Source: Candidatus Saccharimonadota bacterium (GTDB lineage: Bacteria; Patescibacteriota; Saccharimonadia; Saccharimonadales; Saccharimonadaceae). From it: a stretch of 64,000 bases of DNA. Location of the stretch: positions 98,599-162,598 of the forward strand of contig JAFWLT010000006.1 in assembly GCA_017510925.1 (NCBI GenBank). The letters are read 5' to 3'. The position numbers were made by a program, and so were the translations under genes. Below the pieces are notes generated by a model. It did not search any database. It was not told where the DNA came from and saw only the letters and a list, made by a program, of their open reading frames with translations. Shown here piece by piece: positions 1-7,818 of the stretch; position 1 is the first letter of the stretch, and each line of letters opens with the position of its first letter.

Positions 1-45
1 GGTAAAATATAAGTAGTTTGCCATACGCAAAATCCATATTGGGAG

Positions 46-348
46 GTGACCGGAATGAGAATGGTAAGCAGCAACTTAAGTACAGGGAAAGAATTAGCAA
101 AAATCAGAGATGAATATAAAACAGCTGTAGAAAAATTTGAGACTTACGGAACGCCCATTAGCCAGACATTACCCGAAGAAAGGCTAATTAGTATGCAGTC
201 TATGCTCTATTCAATCTTAATTGCTGTAGAAAATCCTACCAGCAAGAAAAACAAAGCACAGTCCAAAGAGGCCATACATTTGTTTAATATGATCTCGGCA
301 GAGTTAAAAAATCTGCAATTCGATCGACGTGCAGTCAACTTTCATTAA
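46..348 (+). CDS. hypothetical protein (about 100 aa)
   Basis: Open frame. GGGAGG at 41-46 precedes an in-frame ATG at 55, which is the more likely start. A terminator hairpin follows. No motif recognised. Confidence 0.4.
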   Translation: MTGMRMVSSNLSTGKELAKIRDEYKTAVEKFETYGTPISQTLPEERLISMQSMLYSILIAVENPTSKKNKAQSKEAIHLFNMISAELKNLQFDRRAVNFH

Positions 349-375
349 AAGCTTTTGCTATTTAATTTCCCTGGG

Positions 376-406
376 CCCCAGGCATTATGCCCGGGGTCAT
401 TTTTTG
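376..406 (+). terminator. hairpin plus T-run between convergent ORFs
   Basis: CCCCAGGC (376-383) pairs with GCCCGGGG (389-396) with one A-C mismatch, then TCATTTTTT. It overlaps the stop of the minus-strand ORF 397-603. Confidence 0.5.
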
Positions 407-603
407 TTGTATTTATCAAGATCAAACAGGGGGTTCTTCCCTGCGTCAATAATTCCCTGTGCTTCTTTTAGAAGTTTTTCGATTCCCTTTTCGGTGGAAG
501 CCGAACCCACGTGAACGGTCCGTGTCACTTTGCTTCCCTCTTTGTAGCAGACTTGTACTCCTGTCGCCCCCGAAGTAGTTTTGAATTTCCGAATATAGGC
601 CAT
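397..603 (-). pseudogene. IS1634-family transposase, N-terminal fragment only (68 aa)
   Basis: MAYIRKFKTTSGATGVQV...HVGSA resembles the conserved N-terminus of IS1634-type transposases, which are normally over 400 aa. The frame stops after 68 codons. Confidence 0.5.
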
Positions 604-731
604 ACCTTAATTGTACCATATTTGCTAGCCGGAATTTTACACAGGAAAACCACACTTTTTTTCACAGTTAACATAAGAATTTTTAGACCCTAAACCTGTT
701 ATGCTAGCAACCAGTTTGGCTAGCAACCAAC

Positions 732-760
732 TTGACAAACCAAAATGCCTAAGCTAAAAT
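732..760 (+). promoter_or_regulatory. canonical sigma70-type promoter
   Basis: TTGACA (732-737), 17-nt spacer, TAAAAT (755-760). The predicted transcript starts near 767 with hairpin CAACTTGGCA/TGCCAAAGTTG (768-793). Confidence 0.5.
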
Positions 761-923
761 TGAAGTATCAACTTGGCAACCCTGCCAAAGTTGGGAGCAT
801 TAGAGAGTTACGTCTACCGACTAGGGAAAAAGCCGGAGTTTTTGCATTCATAAGCGTAATGCAATATAATGCTTAAGCAGTCAACATAATTCACGTGCTT
901 ATTTATGTGATATAATTGAGTTT

Positions 924-1829
924 ATGGAAATTCCAATTACGCAAAGTAAGGAATGGGAGCAGTTACAGCAAGACCTTAAAGAGCCTAGCTTTTACAGGGA
1001 AGAAGAAGGCTATCAATATCTAGCCATCAAAAAACATATTCCTGGAGGTTGCTACCTCTATTTACCTTATGGCCCTGTGGCTGAAGCTGCCAAAGATTTT
1101 AAAGCTGCGTTACAGGATCTTCAGGAATTAGCCAGGGAAGAGAACGCTGTTTTTATCCGTATTGAGCCAAGAAATCCAAGTTTTATCAAGAATTTTCCAA
1201 AAAATACCAAGAAATCTCACGATTTGAACCCTAAAGAAACTTGGGTGCTAGATCTTACTGGCGCCGAAGAAGAATACAAGGCCAAACTTCCATCTAGACT
1301 ACTTAGGTACTATAGAAACAGGGAGAAAAATGGAATTACAATTGAAACTTCCAAAAACCCAGATGATATTAAGTATCTCCTAGATCTTCAAAGAGCCCTA
1401 GCCAAAGAGAAAAATATCAGCACGTTCTCAGAGGACTATCTTAAAACTGAGCTCAGCCAGCCATTTGCTACACTATATCTTGTAAAGCAAGAAGGAAATA
1501 TTATCGCTGCCGGCTTAGTATTTGACCACGGTAAAACTCGTTATAATCTCCAGGGCGCTCAGACCGACGAGGGAAGAAAGCTCCACGCCACCGGTATTCT
1601 CACGATTCAGCTGATTGAAGATGCTAGGGAAAAAGGTCTAGAGCTGTTTGATTTCTGGGGTATTGCGCCAGAAGGTGCTCCAAGTACGCATCCGTGGGCT
1701 GGATTTACCAATTTTAAGAAGACTTTTGATGGTCGCGAAGTAGATTTTGCTGGTACTTACGATATTATTCTAAAACCAGCCAAATACAAGACTTATAATT
1801 TGCTTAGAAAAATTAGGAGAATGATATGA
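924..1829 (+). CDS. FemAB-family peptidoglycan interpeptide-bridge aminoacyltransferase (short form)
   Basis: 301 aa with FemAB/GNAT-like C-terminal half (YNLQGAQTDEGRKLHATG, FDFWGI). It overlaps the next FemAB gene by ATGA-type coupling. Confidence 0.65.
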   Translation: MEIPITQSKEWEQLQQDLKEPSFYREEEGYQYLAIKKHIPGGCYLYLPYGPVAEAAKDFKAALQDLQELAREENAVFIRIEPRNPSFIKNFPKNTKKSHDLNPKETWVLDLTGAEEEYKAKLPSRLLRYYRNREKNGITIETSKNPDDIKYLLDLQRALAKEKNISTFSEDYLKTELSQPFATLYLVKQEGNIIAAGLVFDHGKTRYNLQGAQTDEGRKLHATGILTIQLIEDAREKGLELFDFWGIAPEGAPSTHPWAGFTNFKKTFDGREVDFAGTYDIILKPAKYKTYNLLRKIRRMI

Positions 1830-2881
1830 CTTTTGAGGAAATCACCGAGGAAGAATTTAGAAATTTTGCCAAAAGCAGCCCCTACAAATGCTTTATGCAG
1901 ACTCCGGAAATTGCAAAATACAGGGAATCAAACGGCTGGACGGCATACTATCTTGCAGCCAAACACGGCAGCGAAATTAAAGCTGCCTCTATGCTCGTAG
2001 CTAAACCATATTTTCTCGGTAAATCTATCTTTATCGCTCCTGGTGGCCCACTTTTAGACCTAGAAGATCAGCCACTCACTGATTTCTTTATGAGATCTCT
2101 CAAGAAATACATCAAGTCTCACAACGGCTACGTGCTTCATATCAGTCCGTATTACGAAACCGTAGAAAGAGACCGTCACGGCGACGCAGTGCCAAATGGT
2201 TTCAATCATAAAGATGCTACTAAGAATTTAAGGAGCCTCGGTTTCATCGAACTTAAAGACGCTTCCCAGCCAAAATACATGTATGCTCTAGACTTAAATG
2301 GCAAAACTCCCGAAGAATTGATGGCAGATTTCAAGAGCAACACCAGAGGTCATATCAGAAAAGCCGAAAAAATGGGTGTCACTGTTCGCGAACTGAAAAA
2401 AGAGGAACTTGGCATTTTTAAAGAAATTACTGAGTCTACTTCTAAACGTCGCGAGTTTGAAGACAAACCTTTGAAATATTACGAACAAATGTACGATCTC
2501 TTCGTCCCTCGTGGCGAAGCATTATTCCTAGTAGCAGAAGCAGATAATATCCCTATGTCAGCAGCAATGTTTATGCTCTATGGAGACGAAGTAGTCTATC
2601 TCTTCTCCGGTAGCGATGAAAAGTATATGAAAGACTACAACGCTCAATACGAACTCCAATGGTATATGATCAAATATGCTGCTGAGCACAAGTTCAAGCG
2701 CTACAATTTTTATGGTATTCACGGCCTCCCGGACGACGCTCATCCAGATGGCGTTTATGAATTCAAGAAAGGTTTTGGTGGCCAAGTCATTGAGATGATC
2801 GGGACCTATGAGCTCCCAATCGATCAAAAATTCTATCAAGCTCAAAAATTCCTGAAAAAGCTCAAAAACAGGGGTAAATAA
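1826..2881 (+). CDS. FemAB-family (FemX/MurM-like) peptidoglycan bridge-formation protein
   Basis: 351 aa with typical FemAB N-terminus (FMQTPEIAKYRESNGW) and C-terminal YNFYGI...GVYEFKKGFGG. Confidence 0.85.
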   Translation: MTFEEITEEEFRNFAKSSPYKCFMQTPEIAKYRESNGWTAYYLAAKHGSEIKAASMLVAKPYFLGKSIFIAPGGPLLDLEDQPLTDFFMRSLKKYIKSHNGYVLHISPYYETVERDRHGDAVPNGFNHKDATKNLRSLGFIELKDASQPKYMYALDLNGKTPEELMADFKSNTRGHIRKAEKMGVTVRELKKEELGIFKEITESTSKRREFEDKPLKYYEQMYDLFVPRGEALFLVAEADNIPMSAAMFMLYGDEVVYLFSGSDEKYMKDYNAQYELQWYMIKYAAEHKFKRYNFYGIHGLPDDAHPDGVYEFKKGFGGQVIEMIGTYELPIDQKFYQAQKFLKKLKNRGK

Positions 2882-5031
2882 TGCAGAATTTTTCCAAGAA
2901 TCACCCCATTTTGCACATCGTTTTAAAAAATACTTTTACGCTCTTTAATCTCGTTAACCTGATTTTGGCTCTGATGGTGGCCTTTGTGGGGAGTTTCAAA
3001 AATATGCTCTTTATTTTTATTGCCATCGCTAACACCTTGATTAGTATTATCAACGAAGTTAGAGCCTACAAAATTGTCAAAAAAATGCGCCTTATCACCG
3101 AGCAAAAACCTACGGTGATTAGAGAGGGTAAAACCATCCAAATTTTAGCCGAAGAAATAGAAAAAGGCGATATTGTGGTTTTAAGTCTAGGCGACCAAAT
3201 TTTGTATGATAGCGTACTAGAAGAGGGTGTCCTAGAAGTTAACGAATCCTTTATCACGGGCGAACAGGATAGCATCGAAAAGCACCCAGGCGACGAGCTG
3301 ATCTCTGGTAGCTTTGTAGTGGCTGGCACGGCTAAAGCAAAGGTGGAAAAAGTAGGGGAAGAAAATACTATCACCAAGCTAGAAAAAGAAGCCCATCATT
3401 TAAAAACTGCCGACTCCAAGCTATTCACCCTTATGAACAAGATCGTCAAATACATCTCTTACACTCTTATTCCAGTGGGGGCACTGCTCCTTTGGTCTAG
3501 ATTTAGGACTGAGTCCGAAACTGCCACGGCCGTAACTAGCACCGTAGCAGCTCTCATTAATATGATCCCAGAGGGCCTAATTCTTTTAACTAGCTCGGTC
3601 CTTGCTCTTGCTACCATCAGGCTATCCAAACGCAAAGTTCTTGTCCAAGACCTCTATTCTATCGAGACTCTTGCTCGCGTAGATACCATTTGTTTAGATA
3701 AAACTGGCACCCTCACCTCTGGTAATATGGTGGTTCACGATTTCATCTTGCCAAATGGCGATACGTTTAAAAAAGCTACCACGGAAGGACCCCCAGCCGA
3801 AAAATCGCTTCTAAGGCCTCTAAACGCCATTCTGAGCACTCAAATGGCCGAAAACGCAACCACTAGCGCTTTGAAGAAAGCCATGCCAAAAAACGCCAAT
3901 TTTGGCGAAATAAAGGGCATTGTGGATGTTGTCCCCTTTAGCTCAGATCGTAAATGTTCTGGTTTTAAGACTAAAGACGCCGAATATCTCATGGGCGCCA
4001 TTGAATTCCTCACGGATGACAAGGAAGTAATCAAACAGGTAAAGTCCTATGCCGGTGATTATCGCGTGATAGCCGTAGTAAAAAATAAAGAATATCTAGG
4101 TTGTATTAGATTAAAGGACGAAATCAGAAAGAACGCGCCACAAATTATCCAGTATTTTTATGATAACGACATCACACCAAAAGTTATTTCTGGCGACGAT
4201 CTAGAAACGGTCAAAACTATCGCTGAGGCAGTTGGGATTAAGGATCTAGATGGTGTAGATCTTTCTACCGTCAAAGACCTAAATTACGACAAACTCGTCA
4301 AAAATTATTCTATTTTTACCCGGGTTAAACCAGAGCAAAAGAAGTCTTTGATAAAGGCCCTCAAAAAGATGGGCAGCACCGTCGCTATGACTGGTGATGG
4401 TGTCAATGACATTCTTGCTATGAAAGAAGCTGACTGTTCTATTGCCATCGGCGAGGGCTCCGATGCTGCCCGTCGCTCGGCAAAATTAGTACTTCTAGAT
4501 TCTGATTTTGACCGTGTTCCGTCTATCATCGATGAAGGGCGTCAGTCTATCAACAACCTAGAACGTTCCACTAGCCTTTTCTTGGCTAAAACCGTCTACG
4601 CCACCACGCTGGCCGTGATTTTTGTCCTAGCGCCTCTAAGCTATCCGTTTAGCCCGATAGAAATGAGCTTACTTAGCTTCGCCTGCATTGGTTTTCCGGG
4701 CCTAGTTTTAGCACTAGAAAAAAATACAGCCAGGATCAAAGACAAATTCACCTACAACATCAAACATTATTCTGTCCCTACGGGCATTGCAGTGGCCACA
4801 GCTATGGTTATTCTTTCTATCATTGCTACCACTAATAATTTCAGTAGAGAAAAACTCACCACTCTCTCTGCCATCATCGTCTTTTCTATTGATATGATTT
4901 TGATCTATAAGGTCTCACGCCCACTCAATCTCTTTCGTGCAGCTCTTATTGCTGTCATTATCGCCATTTTCCTTTGTGCGCTCTTTATCCCATTTATTCA
5001 AAATTTCTTTGAATTTACTTTGGCTTGGTAG
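2881..5031 (+). CDS. P-type cation-transporting ATPase (HAD-IC family)
   Basis: TGE (ITGEQD), phosphorylation motif CLDKTGTLT, hinge TGDGVNDILAMKEAD, multiple TM helices. Confidence 0.9.
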   Translation: MQNFSKNHPILHIVLKNTFTLFNLVNLILALMVAFVGSFKNMLFIFIAIANTLISIINEVRAYKIVKKMRLITEQKPTVIREGKTIQILAEEIEKGDIVVLSLGDQILYDSVLEEGVLEVNESFITGEQDSIEKHPGDELISGSFVVAGTAKAKVEKVGEENTITKLEKEAHHLKTADSKLFTLMNKIVKYISYTLIPVGALLLWSRFRTESETATAVTSTVAALINMIPEGLILLTSSVLALATIRLSKRKVLVQDLYSIETLARVDTICLDKTGTLTSGNMVVHDFILPNGDTFKKATTEGPPAEKSLLRPLNAILSTQMAENATTSALKKAMPKNANFGEIKGIVDVVPFSSDRKCSGFKTKDAEYLMGAIEFLTDDKEVIKQVKSYAGDYRVIAVVKNKEYLGCIRLKDEIRKNAPQIIQYFYDNDITPKVISGDDLETVKTIAEAVGIKDLDGVDLSTVKDLNYDKLVKNYSIFTRVKPEQKKSLIKALKKMGSTVAMTGDGVNDILAMKEADCSIAIGEGSDAARRSAKLVLLDSDFDRVPSIIDEGRQSINNLERSTSLFLAKTVYATTLAVIFVLAPLSYPFSPIEMSLLSFACIGFPGLVLALEKNTARIKDKFTYNIKHYSVPTGIAVATAMVILSIIATTNNFSREKLTTLSAIIVFSIDMILIYKVSRPLNLFRAALIAVIIAIFLCALFIPFIQNFFEFTLAW

Positions 5032-5108
5032 CCCTTATGCTTGGTTAAAAGTTGAGTTTGTACTACACTTGTACTAGTAGGTATTTGTAGTTTAACAAGA
5101 AAGGGGGG

Positions 5109-5675
5109 TTGATTTTGCAAAAAATCTATTTTTTGGATGGCAAAGCCGTCACCAAGACTCAGATTATACACGATGCTGAGAAAAAATCTCTAAAGACCAA
5201 GTCAAAAAACAAAAGACGCCTGAGGGAAGGCCTAGTTTTTAGATTTGTCAAAGATTACAAGAGTTGGAGAGAATTTGTTGGTGGCTGCGAGCAGATTGGC
5301 TATGGTTCCGTGCCAGATATCAATATCGAAAGCATCATTGAAAAAGGTTTGTACTGGCGCAACATCACTGAGCCGTGCATTGCTGTTTTCCGGCTGAATG
5401 GCCATTCTTTTGTCTATTCCGAGAGGGGTAAACCAGTTGTTTATAATGCCAAACTTCGGATCGAACGTGGAGGTACTTGGTGCTTGGAGAAGGACAGAGA
5501 CGGTACTATCATCGGTTGGTATCTCAGTGAGAAAGACGCCGACCGAACTGCCGAAGGAGAATATCTTCTCATAGACAAGATTGACTACCCGAGTGAGATG
5601 ACCGATGAATGGCGAAAACTCTGCCACGAACGCTATGGAGTAGCGTGTGACAAATATCACATCATCCCGAAATAA
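5109..5675 (+). CDS. hypothetical protein (188 aa, TTG start uncertain)
   Basis: Long ORF followed by a strong terminator. The first internal Met codon lies near the C-terminus (in SEMTDEW), so the start must be one of the TTG codons at 5109, 5115 or 5133. No recognised domain. Confidence 0.5.
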   Translation: MILQKIYFLDGKAVTKTQIIHDAEKKSLKTKSKNKRRLREGLVFRFVKDYKSWREFVGGCEQIGYGSVPDINIESIIEKGLYWRNITEPCIAVFRLNGHSFVYSERGKPVVYNAKLRIERGGTWCLEKDRDGTIIGWYLSEKDADRTAEGEYLLIDKIDYPSEMTDEWRKLCHERYGVACDKYHIIPK

Positions 5676-5684
5676 ATACCTACC

Positions 5685-5712
5685 AAGGCCGTGGATCTCC
5701 ACGGCCTTTTTC
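5685..5712 (+). terminator. rho-independent terminator
   Basis: AAGGCCGTGG (5685-5694), loop ATCT, CCACGGCCTT (5699-5708), then TTTC. Confidence 0.8.
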
Positions 5713-5733
5713 ATCTGTGGTACAATATAAGGT

Positions 5734-6165
5734 ATGATTAAGATTATTGTCGGTGGCAAAAAACACATTTCTTGGGCTGAAGAAGCTATCAGGGAGTACG
5801 AAAAAAGATTAGTAAAACCCTACAAACTAGAATGGGAATATGTTGAAGAAGAAAAACTAAACAAAAAATTATCAGACTGGCCATTTACAGGCCACGACTT
5901 TGTGATTGTTTGCGATGAACGTGGCAAAAATATATCATCCGAAGCATATTCAAAACTACTACAAGAGGCATTTTTAAACAGCAAAAACGTGGTAATTTTG
6001 ATTGGTGGCGCCTACGGATTTTCCGAAGAAGTAAGAGCAAAAGCTGACTTTATTTGGAGTTTTTCAGATTTAGTCTTTCCACATATGTTAGCTAGAACTA
6101 TCGTGGCAGAACAAACTTATCGGGCTCAAGAAATTAGCAAAGGTTCCCATTATCACCACGCTTAA
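5734..6165 (+). CDS. rlmH: 23S rRNA (pseudouridine1915-N3)-methyltransferase RlmH (SPOUT)
   Basis: 143 aa; CDERGK...ILIGGAYGFSEEV...FPHMLARTIVAEQTYRA matches the RlmH pattern. Confidence 0.85.
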   Translation: MIKIIVGGKKHISWAEEAIREYEKRLVKPYKLEWEYVEEEKLNKKLSDWPFTGHDFVIVCDERGKNISSEAYSKLLQEAFLNSKNVVILIGGAYGFSEEVRAKADFIWSFSDLVFPHMLARTIVAEQTYRAQEISKGSHYHHA

Positions 6166-6228
6166 ATATTCGTCTGGTGATATATTTTCCCTGTGGAATA
6201 AAACTAAAAAATATGGTATAATAGGGGA

Positions 6229-7254
6229 ATGAAGATTCTAGGAATCGAAACTAGTTGTGACGAAACAGCAGCTGCTGTTGTGGAGAATGGGAAAAAAATC
6301 CTTTCCAATGTCGTTGTCTCTCAGATTGATATTTTTGCTGAGTACGGTGGCGTGATCCCAGAAGTTGCAGCCAGATCTCACCTAGAAGTAATGATGCCAG
6401 TAGTAGAAAAAGCCATGAAGGATGCTAAATGTACTTGGGACGATATCGATGCTATCGCTGTTACTTACGCCCCAGGGCTTCTTGGCTCTCTCTTAATTGG
6501 TACCCTTACTGCTCGCACTTTGGCAATCCTTCACGATAAACCTCTCTATGCCGTCCACCACCTAAAATCTCACGTCTATGCGAACTGGTTAGGAGATAGG
6601 AGCGCCATTTCATTCCCCCTACTCGCTATGGTGATTTCCGGTGGCCACACCCAGATTCTTTATATGCCAGAGCACGATAAATTTGACATTATTGGTACCA
6701 CTAGAGACGACGCCATCGGTGAGTGCTTTGACAAAGTAGCCAAAATTCTAGGGCTCCCATACCCTGGTGGTCCATCCATCGCTAAAGCTGCAAAAAATGG
6801 CGACGAAAACAAATATAAACTTCCTCATCCTAAGATCGACGGTTTGGATTTTTCATTTTCTGGGCTCAAAACTGCAGTTCTTAGAGCTGTCCAAAAGGAA
6901 CTAGGTCTTCCGATCTCTCACCCATCTCACGATCTTAAAAATCATTTGTCAGATAAGCAGGTCGCTGACTTTGCTGCATCATTCGAAAAAACTGCTATTG
7001 ATATTTTGCTAGAAAAATTATCAGAGGCAAAAAAGCAACATCCTGATGCTAAATCACTCGTATTTGCTGGTGGCGTTAGTGCCAACCAAAAGTTGCGAGA
7101 AAAAGCCGAGGGTGCCGTTTTCCCAGAGCCAAAACTATCTGGCGACAACGGCGCTATGGTCGCAGCTGCAGCTTACTATGAGATCCAGGCCGGCAAACAA
7201 CCTACCGACCCATACAAATTAAATATTTATCCTCGTATTTCTATAGACGCCTAA
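6229..7254 (+). CDS. tsaD: tRNA N6-adenosine threonylcarbamoyltransferase TsaD
   Basis: MKILGIETSCDETAAAVV N-terminus, HHLKSH metal site, SGGHT, GGVSAN. Confidence 0.95.
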   Translation: MKILGIETSCDETAAAVVENGKKILSNVVVSQIDIFAEYGGVIPEVAARSHLEVMMPVVEKAMKDAKCTWDDIDAIAVTYAPGLLGSLLIGTLTARTLAILHDKPLYAVHHLKSHVYANWLGDRSAISFPLLAMVISGGHTQILYMPEHDKFDIIGTTRDDAIGECFDKVAKILGLPYPGGPSIAKAAKNGDENKYKLPHPKIDGLDFSFSGLKTAVLRAVQKELGLPISHPSHDLKNHLSDKQVADFAASFEKTAIDILLEKLSEAKKQHPDAKSLVFAGGVSANQKLREKAEGAVFPEPKLSGDNGAMVAAAAYYEIQAGKQPTDPYKLNIYPRISIDA

Positions 7255-7268
7255 AGTTAGATTATAGA

Positions 7269-7297
7269 TTGACACAAACAAAAATTTATTGTAAAAT
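7269..7297 (+). promoter_or_regulatory. canonical promoter for the 76-aa ORF
   Basis: TTGACA (7269-7274), 17 nt, TAAAAT (7292-7297). The downstream leader carries a strong SD, AGGAGG. Confidence 0.65.
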
Positions 7298-7344
7298 ATA
7301 AATGTTGGTGTTAACAACGCACTTTATTATAGGAGGGTAAGAGT

Positions 7345-7575
7345 ATGAGTAAATACAGCAATCCCGGAAAGGTGGATGTTGAAAGAGCTACCGAGAGCAT
7401 TTTGGACAACGGTGGGGGGATGAACTCCCATTGGCAAGGTGATCACATTCACAACACAGTTTATTCGAAAGACGAAAACAGGCGTCTTTCCTGGGACGAA
7501 TATCCCGATGGCTCCATCAGAGATGTCCACACGAGCAAGGGTGGCAGAAGCTATACCGAATACGGAAACGACTGA
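7345..7575 (+). CDS. small hypothetical protein (76 aa)
   Basis: Strong promoter, AGGAGG SD with proper spacing, and a terminator downstream. No recognised domain. Confidence 0.55.
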   Translation: MSKYSNPGKVDVERATESILDNGGGMNSHWQGDHIHNTVYSKDENRRLSWDEYPDGSIRDVHTSKGGRSYTEYGND

Positions 7576-7606
7576 TCACTCTAAACTCACTACGCATCAA
7601 CCCCAG

Positions 7607-7635
7607 AGGGCGCTACAACGTAGCGCCCTATTTTC
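7607..7635 (+). terminator. rho-independent terminator
   Basis: GGGCGCTAC (7608-7616), loop AAC, GTAGCGCCC (7620-7628), then TATTTT. Confidence 0.6.
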
Positions 7636-7648
7636 ACGACAAAAAAAA

Positions 7649-7723
7649 TGGCTGGACCGGCAGGATTCGAACCTGCGAATGCTGGGACCAAAACCCAGTG
7701 CCTTACCGCTTGGCGACGGTCCA
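7649..7723 (-). tRNA. tRNA-Gln (anticodon TTG), CCA encoded
   Basis: The reverse complement reads TGGACCGTCGCCAAGCGGTAAGGCACTGGGTTTTGGTCCCAG...GGTTCGAATCCTGCCGGTCCAGCCA. Acceptor stem is TGGACCG/CGGTCCA, anticodon loop TTTTGGT, T-loop GGTTCGAATCC. Confidence 0.9.
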
Positions 7724-7818
7724 ATATCCTATATTTTACCACAAAAACTGTTTTTTTAAAAGTACGCCCCTATCGCGCTTGCGCCTTCTCTAATAGTGTG
7801 CTATATATTATATATACT

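Noticed and set aside
884-901. parS-like CACGTG core (ATTCACGTGCTT)
   Set aside because: The flanks do not match TGTTNCACGTGAAACA beyond the central hexamer.
5232-5768. 178-aa minus-strand ORF covering the whole 5109-5675 region
   Set aside because: It runs antisense to an ORF that has a matching downstream terminator (5685-5712). It overlaps the rlmH promoter and start, and its sequence is compositionally odd. I treat it as a shadow ORF.
7648-7818. N-terminal extension of the ftsK ORF (track start 7648), plus ORF 7439-7759
   Set aside because: Both overlap the minus-strand tRNA-Gln. The ftsK product starts plausibly at MPASRRRRN (7819), behind an AT-rich promoter.
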